Notes under the pieces: generated by a model | The model's input: the letters and a program-made list of their open reading frames with translations, nothing else | Told to the model about the DNA's origin: nothing | Database searches by the model: none | Translations under genes and position numbers: made by a program | Origin: Eledone cirrhosa | Lineage: Eukaryota | NCBI GenBank assembly: GCA_964016885.1 | Contig: OZ024761.1 | Location: 7,626,001-7,690,000 of the forward strand | Reading direction: 5' to 3' | DNA length: 64,000 nt | Shown: piece by piece, positions 22,915 to 36,231 of the stretch | Layout of the letters: every line of letters starts with the position of its first letter | Position numbering within the stretch: the first letter of the stretch is position 1

Positions 22915-25860
22915 CAGGACTTCCTAATCATTGCAGGAGATTTTAACGGACATGTAGGTAAACACTGCGACGGCTTCAATAGAGTACATGGAGGCCATGG
23001 AGTTGGCACAAGGAATGAGGAAGGATTCAGACTTCTAGAATTCTGCGACGCCAATGACATGTCGATATGTAACACAAACTTTAAAAAACCCGACAACCAC
23101 CTGATCACCTATAGATCAGGGGAGCACTCTAGTCAGTTAGATTTTATCCTCATCAGAGGACGTGACAGATGGACGGTCGTAAACACAAAAGCCTTCCCTA
23201 GTGAGGAATGTACATCCCAACATAGCTTAGTTGTCAGCGACCTCACGGTCAGAACTAGACGAGCCCTGAAACAGAGGCCAACCTGGAGAAGAAAGATCTG
23301 GAAGCTGAAAGTCCCCTCAACCAGTAACAGATTTAAAGATATTTTACTCAACGCCTACGACAGTAAAGAAGAACAGATAGAGACATTTAACGTAGAAGAG
23401 AACTGGGAGTTCCTAAAAAATAACTTACTAGAGGCGACGGATGAGGTTTGTGGCTGGAGTAAGACCTCAAGCAGGAGGAGAGTGACTTGGTGGTGGAACA
23501 ATAAGGTAGATGAAGCAGTCAAGGCCAAGAGACAGGCATGGAAAGAATGGAAGAACGGGGGGAGCAGGGTACATTACATAGAGACCAAGAGGGAAGCTAG
23601 GCGACAAGTATACTTAGCTAGGAGGGAAGCAGAGGATAGAAAATTCAAGCATGTTTTACAACGTGAGGACCAGAAACAGGAGGTATTCAAGATTGCGAGG
23701 CAGTGTGTCAGAGATAGTTGTGATGTCATTGGAGAGAAGTGTATCCGGAATGATAAAGGTGAGCTTGCCCTCACAAGTGCTGAGAAGAAAGATGCATGGA
23801 AGAGTCATTATGATAGATTACTAAATGAGGAGAATGCATGGGAAGAAGAGACCCTACCCCACGTAGACCCTATAGAGGGACCAGCAGTACAAGTCAGCGG
23901 CAGCGTAGTAAGTAAGGCAATCAGAGATATGAAGATAGGGAAGGCAACCGGTCCATCGGGTATAGCTGCCGAGATGCTGAAGGCATCTGGGTCTGTAGGT
24001 CACACTATAACCACACGTATTGTTAACCAGGTAATACTAGAGGGGGCCATACCAAAAGATTGGTGCAGTAGCATCATTGTCAACTGCTACAAAGGTAAAG
24101 GCGATGCACTAGATAGAGGAAACTATAGAGGTATAAAGTTGATGGACCAGGTCATGAAAGTAACAGAAAGAGTTATAGCACAGCTGATTAGGGACCGGGT
24201 GAATATAGACGAGATGCAATTTGGGTTTGTACCAGGGAAAGGCACCACTGATGCGCTCTTCCTTGTGAGGCAATTACAGGAAAAGTACCTAGCTAAAAGT
24301 AAGCCACTCTACTTGGCATTTGTCGACCTTGAGAAAGCCTTTGACAGAGTTCCACGTGCAGTAATCTGGTGGGCTCTTAGAAAACTAGGAGTAGATGAAT
24401 GGCTTGTGAAAGCGGTACAAGCCATGTATAGGGGAGCAGTCAGCAAAGTTAGGATTGGCAATGAGTATAGCGAGGAATTTAGCGTACAGGTTGGGGTCCA
24501 CCAGGGCTCTGTTCTTAGCCCTCTCCTGTTCATCATAGTCCTGCAGGCAATAACGGAGGAGTTTAAGACCGGATGCCCATGGGAACTCCTGTATGCTGAT
24601 GACCTCGCACTCATAGCTGAATCTATGGTAGAACTAGAGAATAAATTCCAAACCTGGAAGCAGGGACTAGAGAGAAAGGGCCTCAAAGTCAACATGACAA
24701 AGACTAAGGTCCTTATAAGTAGACGAGAAAACAGAACCCAGATCCCCTCAGGGAAATGGCCTTGCTCAGTATGTAGGAAAGGTGTAGGTAGGAACTCCAT
24801 TCTTTGCCCCAAATGCAAACAATGGGTACACAAGAGATGTAGCGGGATCTCAGGAAGCTTAATTAAGAATGTAGGATTCACATGCAGCAGCTGTGCTGAA
24901 ACAGCAAGCAAACAGCCACAGGAAACAAGTACCACCAATCTCTGGGAGGGCCATGTAGAAACAGTAGACAGCTTCTGCTACCTAGGTGACCGAATTAGCA
25001 ACGGAGGTGGGTGCTCAGAAAGTACAATAACTAGGGTAAGAACGGGATGGAAGAAGTTTAGGGAACTACTACCACTGCTAGCTGCAAAAGGCTTCTCCCT
25101 CAGAATGAAAGGCAGACTGTATGATGCGTGTATCCGAACAGCGATGTTGCATGGTAGTGAGACCTGGGCGCTGAAGGTGGAAGACTTACGTAGATTAGAG
25201 AGAAACGAAGCCTGCATGCTCCGATGGATGTGTAACAGTAATATACGTGAACGACAAAGCATAAATGAATTGAGAGAGAGACTGAGCATAAGAGGAATCA
25301 AATGCTGCGTGCAGGAGAGGCGGTTACGCTGGTATTGACATGTGATGCGTATGAAGGATGACAGCTGCATAAAAAGGTGCAGAGCACTAGAAGTTGATGG
25401 AAACCGCGGAGTGGGGAGACCCAAGATGACTTGGGATGAGGTGATAAAAGCCGACCTTACCCAACTACACCTCTCAAAGTCAATGACACACGACCGTGAC
25501 TTCTGGCGTCACGCAGTAATACAGGGTACCCGACCTCCCATGGGTACATGCTGAAGCATATAAACAATATGCCCCCCCCCCCCCACCGCAAGGTGGTCGT
25601 GGAGGTGCCACGGCAAAAAAGCCCCCAGCCCACACTGTAAAGTGGACGTGTAGGCGCCACGAAAAAGCACCCAGCACTCACTGTAAATGAGGTTGGTGTT
25701 AGGAAGGGCATCCAGCTGTAGAAATCAAGCCAGATCAGTTCCTGTATGAGCAAGGCATGGTCAGCCGACCAGACACTGCCCACAACAGGACAACCCGTCT
25801 AACCCATGCTAGCGTGGAAGAACGGACGTAAAACGGTGATGATGATGATGATGATGATGA
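22915..25860 (+). mobile_element. Near-complete RTE LINE (partial APE endonuclease, RT, PHD-like Cys finger) with one premature stop
   Basis: IAGDFNGHVG, NTNFKK, SQLDFIL, SQHSLVV (APE); LYADD RT; CSVC..C..C..WVHKRC..C..C. TGA at 25336-25338 where other copies have GGA (RWYGH). (ATG)n tail. Confidence 0.95.
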
Positions 25861-26892
25861 ATACAAGTGGATGAAATCATCATCACATCCATTCTTCCAT
25901 GCTAGCATGGGTTAGACAGGCTGTCCTGTTATGGGCAGTGTCCTGTCGGCTGACTTTGTCTTGCTCATATGGGAACTGATTCTGGCTTGATTTCTACAGC
26001 TGGATGCCCTTCTTAACACCAACCTCATTTACAGTGAGTGCTGGGTGCTTTTTTTTTCCGTGGCGCCTACACATCCACTTTACAGTGTGGGCTGAGTGCT
26101 TTTTTTTTTTGCCGTGGCACCTCCACGACCACCTTGCAGTGGAATGGTAGGGACCCCAGTCCTATCATCTCATTTCTACAGTTGAGTAAACTGGAGCAAT
26201 GTTAATATATATATTTTTAACTGTTGGTCATAAATGATAAAAATTGATTGCCAGCTAAATTAGTTATAGAAATATAAAATATGTGGGCAGGGTTCCTATT
26301 TACGATTCCGCAAATATGCTGTGGTATCCATGAACAATTATTAGTTAGGTTCAAAGGAAAATGCCGCAAATGCAGGGTGTACAGTGTGTGTATATATATA
26401 TATGGATGAGGTTTTAAATTTGCATTACATTTATTTTCATTGGAGGTTTTGTAAGGAGAAATGTAAGTATGTGGGATAGGTGAGGGGAAGAATTAGAAGG
26501 AAGAAATGGATTGAGAAGAGGAAAGAATGATAGTGGGGTACATCAATTGGTAGAGGTGGGGATGGAGTGATGCTTTGGCCGTTTATTAGTAACTCGACGT
26601 TGCAATCCCTAAACTATATATATATAAACGGAAAAGCTTGAAACTAGTACAGCGTTCCTTTGTCAGTGTTGAACAAATGAGCAACGATGGTTGCTAGACA
26701 CTGTACGGCTTAATTTGGGATGTTTGTTTACAAACACACCGAGCATTATAATAAATGTTTGGTGAATCCATACGTACATGTATATATGTGTGCATGTATG
26801 TATATATATATATATATACTACTGTACGTCTGTATATATATATGTATGTACGTATACATACTTGTATATATATATATGTACGTATACATACT

Positions 26893-26925
<33 letters not shown>

Positions 26926-27201
26926 TCTTGGTAAAAAAGTACATTACTAGAATTCCAATACGTTATAAAATAAATTGGGTGGGTTGTGTGTGTGTGTGTG
27001 TGTGGGGGGGGTCTCAATATGCAAACTAAACGACTAATTCTGGTTTTAAAAAAAATCAAGGTGGACAACCTAGAAAAATTATCAATTTTCCAACCCTTCT
27101 CCCTGCTTATTCAAAACCTCCTATTATTTGGGACCTGAGAGTATATGGATGTTGATAGCTCTAGTTTTGTTTTCTACAAAACTATTTTTTTAATAGAAAT
27201 A

Positions 27202-27686
27202 CTAGCCGAATTACCCGCGCCTTGCTGCGCTTCACACATTTTTTTTGTAAGAAATCGATGATTGATTTTAAATCAGTGATATAGTTTATGGAGAAAAACT
27301 CTGCATTTCAATATTACTCAATGTAATGCATGAAAAATTGGAAAACATTATTTTTTGTAATATATCAAATCAAAATTACATTATTAAATCTCATTCTTAT
27401 TTTGTTTCTTATAATTTTTTTCAAAATGTGAATTCAAAACTTTTGTGAATAGGCATATCTTGTCATTTACCTATGGTTTAAATTTCATATAAATCGAAGG
27501 GAAAACATTTTCAGCGGGGGTTTGTGCCCCCAGGGAACCTTTTGATTAAAATGAAATATACTTATCCAAGTACCCTGGGCAATGTAGTTTCAGAATATAT
27601 ATGGTTATGGGGTCTATCTCCAAAACCATTGGAGGAGTTCTTGAACAAACAAACAAACAGACAGGAACTACAACTATATATATAGA
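27202..27686 (-). mobile_element. Non-autonomous Helitron (same family as 2932-3702)
   Basis: Reverse complement of both termini of the 2932-3702 element (TC start, CTAG end). Confidence 0.85.
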
Positions 27687-27745
27687 CATATATATTATAT
27701 GGAAGCGAAAACCAACCCAAACCAAGCAGTGTGTTTTATTATATA

Positions 27746-28574
27746 CTAGCAGTGGTACCCGGCGTTGCACGGGATAAGGTATTTTTGAATGCGGGCCACC
27801 AATAGACAGCCTGGACAATATGTAAAGAAAATAAACTGAATACTCTAATGGCTGGATAATCTTTAAGATTTTCCTCAGGTTTTCATGCGGGCCCTAGGGG
27901 ATCAAGAAAATGAATTTTTTTTATGTGCATAATATGCCTTGAAATTTCAGGAAAATCGGCTAGATGTAACGCCTCCAAAAAGCCCTAAGAAGCTGAAAAA
28001 ATGAAGTATTTCACCTAATGCGGGCCCTAGGCCATAAGAAAGTTGGATTTTTTTTGCTTACAGTATGAAGAAGAGACTGACTAATACATAGTTACAATTT
28101 CAAGGAAATCGGTCTAATGTAACGCCTCAAAAAACCCCCTAAAAATGTTAAACAACACAGTTTTTCACCTGATGCGGGCTCTAGGAGATAACAAAAGGTG
28201 AATTTTTTATGTGCATAACACTCCCTGAAACATAAGTAATACACATGTGAAGTTTGAAAAAAATCGGTTGGGTACTTCTCGAGTTTTAGGGATTCAAACT
28301 CACACATACAGAGACAGACATCCTCAGGGAAGTGACGTAATGCAGACAGACAGACAGATATAAGGGCGCGACGTTATAAGTATGTATCTATCTAAAAAGA
28401 GAAAGACTAAGAATTATAGAGCGAGATCGCTAAATCGCCTAATTGCTCAGAACACTCCCTGAAACATAAGTATTACATATGTAAAGTTTGAACAGTCGGT
28501 TGGGTGGTTCTCGAGTTTTAGGTATTTGAACTCACACACACACAGACAGACATCCTCAGTTTTATATATATAGA
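27746..28574 (-). mobile_element. Non-autonomous Helitron, second family
   Basis: CTAG end with subterminal hairpin cccg..cggg and a TC(tatatataa) start. Internal segment shared with 45700-45915 and 57633-57920. Confidence 0.75.
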
Positions 28575-28651
28575 TTTTTGGCAATATTATATCAATATGA
28601 CCCTCCCCAAATATAACAATATTTTTTTATTTTTTATTTTGATATTTCCAG

Positions 28652-28740
28652 GAAGAAGAAGAGAAAAGGGAAGAGCGAGCCCGTCGCTTTGGTTTGGATG
28701 TCAACAACTATCACGTTAGCTTAGATGAACTTTATGCTAG
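28652..28740 (+). CDS. NCBP3: NCBP3 exon 3 (EEEEKREERARRFGLDVNNYHVSLDELYA)
   Basis: tttccag acceptor and gtatgt donor; conserved K.E.RA.RF motif; ends in phase 2. Confidence 0.9.
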
Positions 28741-28863
28741 GTATGTACTTGTTTTTATCAGTATTTCATCATTATCAACATAATTATTACTAATAGAGGT
28801 GTATATGAAAACATATATGATATGTTTATGTGTAATAAACATATGAGTCTTACTATGAATGTT

Positions 28864-29379
28864 TTAACCCTTTAGTGTTCAAACCGGCCAGAATTCTCTA
28901 CCTCTTTCTGTTGAAACTGGCTGTAACTGGTCACTCAAACTGATGTTAAGGTATTGTTTTCAAAATCTCATAGATTCGATATTATGTGAGATAAAGCCTT
29001 TACCATGAAAATATAATAGTATATATAGGGTAATGTAAATGCTATGTGAGATAAAGCCTTTACCATGAAAATATAATAGTATATATAGAGTAATGTAAAT
29101 GCTAAAGGTTTAAAATTCTTATTTTCAAAATTTACTGAAACCCACATTACATTAGAGATATGGTAATGAAAAAGTTAACGCTTTAGTGTTCAAACCGGCC
29201 AGAATTCTCTACCTCTTTCTGTTGAAACTGGCTGTAACTGGTTGCTCAAACTGATGTTATGGTATTATTCTCAAAATAAATACTTTCAAAATCTCATAGA
29301 TTCGATATTATGTGAGGTAAAGCCTTTACCATGAAAATATAATAGTATATATAAAATAATGTGAATGCTAAAGGGTTAA
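28864..29379. mobile_element. Two adjacent piggyBac-type MITEs (TTAA-CCC...GGG-TTAA)
   Basis: ttaaccctttag ... ctaaagggttaa termini. Related copies near 18500-18660, 31935-32533, 32561-33502 (longer), 43548-43760 and 50477-50693. Confidence 0.75.
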
Positions 29380-29852
29380 AGCTGTGATCATGCTTGTATA
29401 GATTGGATGTGTGTGTGTTTTATATGCTTGCATAGATTGGACAAGTGTGTGTGTGTTTTTTCCTTTTATATGCTTGCATAGATTGGACGAGTATCTCTCC
29501 AAGTATAGCAATATCATTTCTAGAAACAATTCCTGTGACAGCAATAGCAGCAGATTCAATTCACTGACGGCCTTTACCATTTTGATAACAAAACACAAAA
29601 CAAAAATCTATTTAACTCCCCCTCCCGCCCCAGAAAATAAATCAATTAAACCCCTCCCCTCAAATATATTTAAAACAAACATCCCCCCTCCAAAAAAGAT
29701 TTACTCCTCCCCACACAAAATAAATCAATTTAAAACAAACAAACCCTTCTCACCTCCAAACAAAACTATTTACCCCCCCCCCCCCCCAAAAAAAGGATGA
29801 AATTGCCAAAAGCCTGTGCCAGCCTTCTATTAGAATTATTTTATTTTTCCAG

Positions 29853-30010
29853 CCTTGGTATCCGAGAAGAAGACTTACACAAGGATGAGCGGGGAATTCG
29901 GCTGCAGACTGTTCACATTCGTGGGGTCCAGGACATGAGTACCAAAGATGTGTTTCATTATTTTCAAGAATTTGCTCCCTCTACCGTGGAATGGATTGAA
30001 GATAATTCCT
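29853..30010 (+). CDS. NCBP3: NCBP3 exon 4 (RRM-like domain: RLQTVHIRGVQDMSTKDVFHYFQEFAPSTVEWIEDNSC)
   Basis: Hallmark NCBP3 motif GVD.MST.DVF.YF..Y.P..IEW.DD.SCN; ttccag acceptor and gtaagt donor. Confidence 0.95.
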
Positions 30011-30224
30011 GTAAGTTAATCCCTTCCCTTCAGTTATACCATCCCCGGCTTCTTTTCAAGTTATTAGTTGTAGTGGTGGTGGTAGTGGTGTATTTAGTAT
30101 AAACAAAGTTTCATACACTTGACATGTATGGCACTTTGTTTATACTAAATAAGCTCTCTTGTAACAGATTGAGTACTGTTTTCCTTGATCTTTCATCTAT
30201 GGATTTCTACACACACACAGCTTG

Positions 30225-31615
30225 TTACCAATATTTATAGACTGCTACCAATATATATAGCTTACTACCAATATATATATAGCCTGCTACCAAGCTACCA
30301 ATATATATAGCTTGCTACCAATATATATAGCCTGATACCAAGCTACCAATATGTAAATAGCCTCCTACCAAGCTACCTATATGTAAATAGCCTACTACCA
30401 AGCTACCAATATGTAAATAGCCTGATACCAAGCTACTAATATGTAAATAGCCTACTACCAAGCTACCAATATAAATAGCCTGATACCAAGCTACTAATAT
30501 GTAAATAGCCTGATACCAAGCTACTAATATGTAAATAGCCTGATACCAAGCTACTAATATGTAAATAGCCTGATACCAAGCTACTAATATGTAAATAGCC
30601 TGATACCAAGCTACTAATATGTAAATAGCCTGATACCAAGCTACTAATATGTAAATAGCCTGATACCAAGCTACTAATATGTAAATAGCCTGATACCAAG
30701 CTACTAATATGTAAATAGCCTACTACCAAGCTACTAATATGTAAATAGCCTGATACCAAGCTACTAATATGTAAATAGCCTGATACCAAGCTACTAATAT
30801 GTAAATAGCCTACTACAAAGCTACTAATATGTAAATAGCCTACTACCAAGCTACTAATATGTAAATAGCCTGATACCAAGCTACTATGTAAATAGCCTAC
30901 TACCAAGCTACCAATATGTAAATAGCCCGATACCAAGCTACTAATATGTAAATAGCCTACTACCAAGCTACCAATATGTAAATAGCCTGATACCAAGCTA
31001 CTATGTAAATAGCCTACTACCAAGCTACCAATATGTAAATAGCCTGATACCAAGCTACCAATATGTAAATAGCCTACTACCAAGCTACCAATATGTAAAT
31101 AGCCTACTACGAAGCTACCAATGTATAAATAGCCTACTACGAAGCTACTAATATGTAAATAGCCTGATACCAAGCTACTAATATGTAAATAGCCTACTAC
31201 CAAGCTACTAATATGTAAATAGCCTACTACAAAGCTACTAATATGTAAATAGCCTACTACGAAGCTACCAATGTATAAATAGCCTGATACCAAGCTACTA
31301 ATATGTAAATAGCCTACTACCAAGCTACCAATATGTAAATAGCCTGATACCAAGCTACTAATATGTAAATAGCCTACTACAAAGCTACTAATATGTAAAT
31401 AGCCTGATACCAAGCTACTAATATGTAAATAGCCTACTACCAAGCTACTAATATGTAAATAGCCTACTACAAAGCTACTAATATGTAAATAGCCTGATAC
31501 CAAGCTACTAATATGTAAATAGCCTGATACCAAGCTACTAATATGTAAATAGCCTGATACCAAGCTACTAATATGTAAATAGCCTGATACCAAGCTACTA
31601 ATATGTAAATAGCCT
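30225..31615. repeat. 30-bp minisatellite in intron 4
   Basis: Unit gcctgataccaagctactaatatgtaaata. Confidence 0.95.
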
Positions 31616-31652
31616 GCTAACAAATTTGTAATTTGTTTTTTACTTGTTTCAG

Positions 31653-31907
31653 GTAATGTTGTTTGGTCAGACGGCATGACAGCAGCCAGAGCCCTGAACA
31701 AATTAAGTCGAAGTCGAGATGACATTAGTTCTTTAACCAACACCAATGAGAGTTTGTCTGCTAAAAGTCCAACTGCCGACGAGGAAAGTCAGGATAAATG
31801 TGAGAAATTGTTTGACCAAAGTGAAATAACAGAAAACGATGAGAAACAGAATGATGATTCCAAGATGAACGTTGATGAAGATAGCAATATTTCAGCTGCC
31901 TCTTCAG
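31653..31907 (+). CDS. NCBP3: NCBP3 exon 5 (NVVWSDGMTAARALNKLS...)
   Basis: tttcag acceptor; continues SC-NVVW.D..TA.RAL; G|gttaga donor; phase 1/1. Confidence 0.92.
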
Positions 31908-33711
31908 GTTAGAGCATTCAGTTATTTTATTTTTTAACCCTTTACCGGCTGTATCCGGCCAGAATTTCCTCATCTCTTTCAGTTCAAATCAGCTGTAACT
32001 GGCTGCTCATGCTTATGTTAAGGTATTGTTCTCAAAATAAATAACATCAAAACCTCATAGATTCGATATTTGAGATAATTATGTGAGGTAAAGCCTTTAC
32101 AACAAAAATATAATAGTATATAGATGGAGGCACATGGCTTAGTGGTTAGAGCATTGGCCTTGCAATCGAAAGGTTGTGAGTTCAATTCTCAGACTGGGTG
32201 ATGTGTTGTTTTCTTGAGCAAGACACTTTATTTCACATTGCTCCAGTTTACTCAGCTGTAGAAATGAGATGATAGGGACCCCAGACTGGGGTCCCTATCA
32301 TTCCACTGTAAATTTGCCACGGCAAAAAAGCACCCAGCACTCACTGTAAATGAGGTTGGTGTTAGGAAGGGCACCCAGCTGTAGAAATCAAGCTAGAATC
32401 AGTTCCCGTCCCACCCTTGCAAGCAGGGAAAAAGTGGACGTAAAACAAAATGATGATGAATGATGATGATATAATGTAAATATTATGTGAGGTAAAGCCT
32501 TTACAACAAAAATATAATAGTATATATAGAGTAATCTAAATATTAAAGGGTTATGGTTGATTAACCATTTAGTATTTACATTACTATGTCAAATCTCATG
32601 TTTTCTATTCACATTATTTTGAGTTAATTATACTCAAGAAGGTTATCAACTATGTTTATAATTTTGATATTATTTATTTTGAGAACAATACCTTAACATA
32701 AGTAAGAGCAGCTGGTTTGAACAGAAAGAGGTGAGAGAATTCTGGCCAGTTTAAATGCAAAGAGTAAATCATACTCAAGAGGGTTATCAACTATATTTGT
32801 TTTGAAATTTGTTGTTGGGTATTGATTTGTCTCTTTTGCCACAATTTTGAAGAAAGTTTGAGGCAAAAACAAAAAGAAATCCAGTGCTTTAGCATCGGGA
32901 GGTAATATGTGTTGTGGACTAGTATTTTCAATAAAATCGGGAACATGTATTGGTGTGCTGTTTTTTTACCACATTGGGGGAACATTTTCAATGGTGTCCT
33001 GGAGATCTTCTTTGCTTTCACGATCAAAACAACAATCATCGTCGGATGAAAATTCAGTTATATACATCTGATTCATTTGAAGATAAATCACTGATATTAT
33101 CTTTTGTTTCTTCTTCATTTTGAATGTCGTCATGTGTAAAACCTTCAAAGTCGGTATCGCTACTTTCACAAGCCATGTTGATACACACCAAAAAAATTGT
33201 ATTTCCAGCATTAAAAAACACTTGTTGTTTCAAGTTATTTCACTATATTAAGTGTTATTTTTCGTAGTTAAGGCCTTATCTCGCAGTAATCTCGGATCAA
33301 CGAGATTTTGATGACCTTGCGGGGTCGATAAAATAAAGTTCCAGTAATACACTGGGTAATTGCTGGCCTTGTGCCTAACGTAGAAACAATTATTGTTTGT
33401 TTTTAGAATGATATCTTCGTGTGGGTGTCTTTGGCCGGTTTCTGCTGGTTTGAACAAATAAAGGGGAAATAGTTTTGGCTGTTTTGAGTGCTAAAGGGTT
33501 AAACTGCTTTTTCGAACTGTTCTTTTTCTATGAACTTTTTGAAGCCTTCTCATATTTCATGAAAGGTGGCTCTGGTGACATAAAACTAGGTGTCACCACA
33601 TGGCTCTGTAAGAGCAAGACATGGTCATCTGATCTGACTCGTCTCACAACAGGCTAACCCATGCTAGTGTAGAAAAATGGCTGTTAAACTGATGATAATG
33701 ATGATATATAC

Positions 33712-34779
33712 ACAGTACACCCCTGGCATTCGCGGTCCCGGTTATTCGCAGAATTTTCTTTAAAACCTAATAATTGTTCATGGAAACCAGCGCATATTCA
33801 CGCAATCATAAATATCTTCCACAATTTTTTTAATGGCTTTTTTCGAGGGTTATATATTTTTTAATGCTAAATTATTAACAACAATATAACAGTATAATAT
33901 AACAATATAATATAACAACAATATAACAATATAATATAACAACAATATAACAGTATAATATAACAATATAATATAACAACAATATAACAGTATAATATAA
34001 CAATATAATATAACAACAATATAACAGTATAATATAACAACAATATAACAGTATAATATAACAACAATATAACAATATAATATAACAACAATATAACAGT
34101 ATAATATAACAACAATATAACAATATAATATAACAACAATATAACAGTATAATATAACAACAATATAACAATATAATATAACAACAATATAACAGTATAA
34201 TATAACAACAATATAACAGTATAATATAACAATATAATATAACAACAATATAACAGTATAATATAACAATATAACAACAATATAACAGTATAATATAACA
34301 ACAATATAACAATATAATATAACAACAATATAACAGTATAATATAACAATATAATATAACAACAATATAACAGTATAATATAACAATATAATATAACAAC
34401 AATATAACAATATAATATAACAACAATATAACAGTATAATATAACAATATAATATAACAACAATATAACAGTATAATATAACAACAATATAACAGTATAA
34501 TATAACAACAATATAACAATATAATATAACAACAATATAACAGTATAATATAACAATATAATATAACAAAAATATAACAATATAATATAACAACAATATT
34601 CTGTATTTTCAGGCCTATTGGATGCCCCTTCACATAAGACATTCCCTTTTTTATTATATTTTATGTTATATTTTGACATTCATAGGCTTTTTTATGGACC
34701 ATGTCCAATATTCGTTGTTTTTCACTCTTTATGGGTGCTCTAGGAATGTCACCCCTGTGATTACCAGGGAACAATTGTA
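33712..34779. mobile_element. pogo/Tigger-like MITE containing an expanded AT-rich repeat (33875-34598)
   Basis: cagtacacccctggcattcgcgg ... ccctgtgattaccagggaacaattgta. A related copy without the expansion lies in reverse at 51707-52000. Confidence 0.6.
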
Positions 34780-34828
34780 TATATATATATATAGTTATTA
34801 AACTGAATCCTTTTTTTTCTTTGACTAG

Positions 34829-35001
34829 CATCTCAAAGTGAAAGTAATTGTGAGAATGAAATTGAAAGACAGACAGAAAATAAAACAAGGTCAGGGGTTG
34901 GCATCGACAGTGAAGATGTAGATACACAGTCATCAACACCTCAACAGACTGATATGAAAAGTGAAGGGGAGCTGTCCAGTTCTGAAGATGATGCTGACAT
35001 G
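34829..35001 (+). CDS. NCBP3: NCBP3 exon 6 (acidic low-complexity: SQSESNCENE...EGELSSSEDDADM)
   Basis: Polypyrimidine tract and tag acceptor, gtaaat donor. The open frame bridges phase 1 (exon 5) to phase 0 (exon 7). Confidence 0.8.
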
Positions 35002-35449
35002 GTAAATATTTATTGTTTTTTCTAGAAAAAGACAGTCCACCCTGTAAGGTGGTTGTGTTGGTGACATGACAAAAAGAGCCCAGTCCACCCTGTAAGGTAG
35101 TTGTGTTGGTGACAACAAAAAGAACCCAGTCCTCTGTGAGGTGGTTGTGTTTGTGACATGACACAAAAGCACCCAGTCCTCCTTGTGAGGTTTGCGTGCT
35201 GGTGTTAAGAAGGGCATTCAACCATAGAAACCAAACTAAAATTCAGCTCCGCATGAGCAAAACATGGTCACCTGACTCATACAAGCATGGAAAATGGACA
35301 TATGATGATGTGTGTGTTTGTGTGTATATATATATTTATATATATATATATGTATGTGTGAGTGTTAGGTAATTCCAAAGGAAAACAGAGTGCTCTATGT
35401 ATAGAACAGAGCTATTTAATTAGAAAGTGAACATCACAAAATATAACTA

Positions 35450-35517
35450 CTCCATTACCAAAGGTTTCTGGGTCCCAGATGATAATAATATACGTCTGGA
35501 CTGGTCGTCAGACAGAG
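35450..35517 (-). ncRNA. Hammerhead-like motif in palindrome 35413-35630
   Basis: Minus strand reads ctctgt CTGACGA ..gtccaga..tctgggac.. GAAA cc ttt gg TA atggag. Stems I and III are good; the base of stem II is mismatched. Confidence 0.5.
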
Positions 35518-35834
35518 ATGTTATAACATCTCTGACGACCGATCCAGACGTATATTATTATCGTCTGGGACCCAGAAACCTTTGGTAATGGAATAGTTAT
35601 ATTTTGTGTTGTTCACTTTCTAATTAAATATATATATATATATTTAGGTTTTTAGTTCACCACTGGATAGAACTGGTCATTCCGTGTGGTCAACCTCGAT
35701 GTAATATTGTGGAGAGCACTCGACGTAATGCAACTCACCCGTCTTCGTTTGTGTAGTTGGTGGTACGAGTATGGAGTTAATTATTATAAAATAACAGGAG
35801 GCATGGACTGGTGTAATTCCTTAAAAGGTTTATT

Positions 35835-35892
35835 ATACTATGATCATTTCAATGACCGGGTTCAGTATGAATCTAGTGACATCATCAGGTAT
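35835..35892 (-). ncRNA. Hammerhead motif in fold-back element 35783-37036
   Basis: Minus strand reads atac CTGATGA tg..ttca tac tgaa..catt GAAA tgatca TA gtat. Loop III tgatca is a perfect palindrome. Confidence 0.6.
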
Positions 35893-36231
35893 TCGAAATA
35901 TAACAAAGGAATATAATAGACAAAATCCATGGGGCTGAAAATCAGAGACATGAGGGCGGCCGAACATTTAGCATATTCGACCCCGGTTGGCCGCCCTCAA
36001 GTGGTGATTATTAAGCCTACTTATGCCCATCTGGTGAAGGGGCGTAGGCTTATAGTGTACTACTACCACCCCATCACAGACAGAGGCCAGCGTTGAGATC
36101 AGGTTACAATCAAGCTGGGGTCGAAGCTGCTAAATGTTCGGCCGTCCTCATGTCTCTAATTTTCAGCCCCATGGATTTTGTCTATTATATTCCTTTGTTA
36201 TATTTCGAATACCTGATGATGTCACTAGATT

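Noticed and set aside
30463-31746. 427-aa minus-strand ORF
   Set aside because: Product of the 30-bp minisatellite overlapping exon 5 in antisense.
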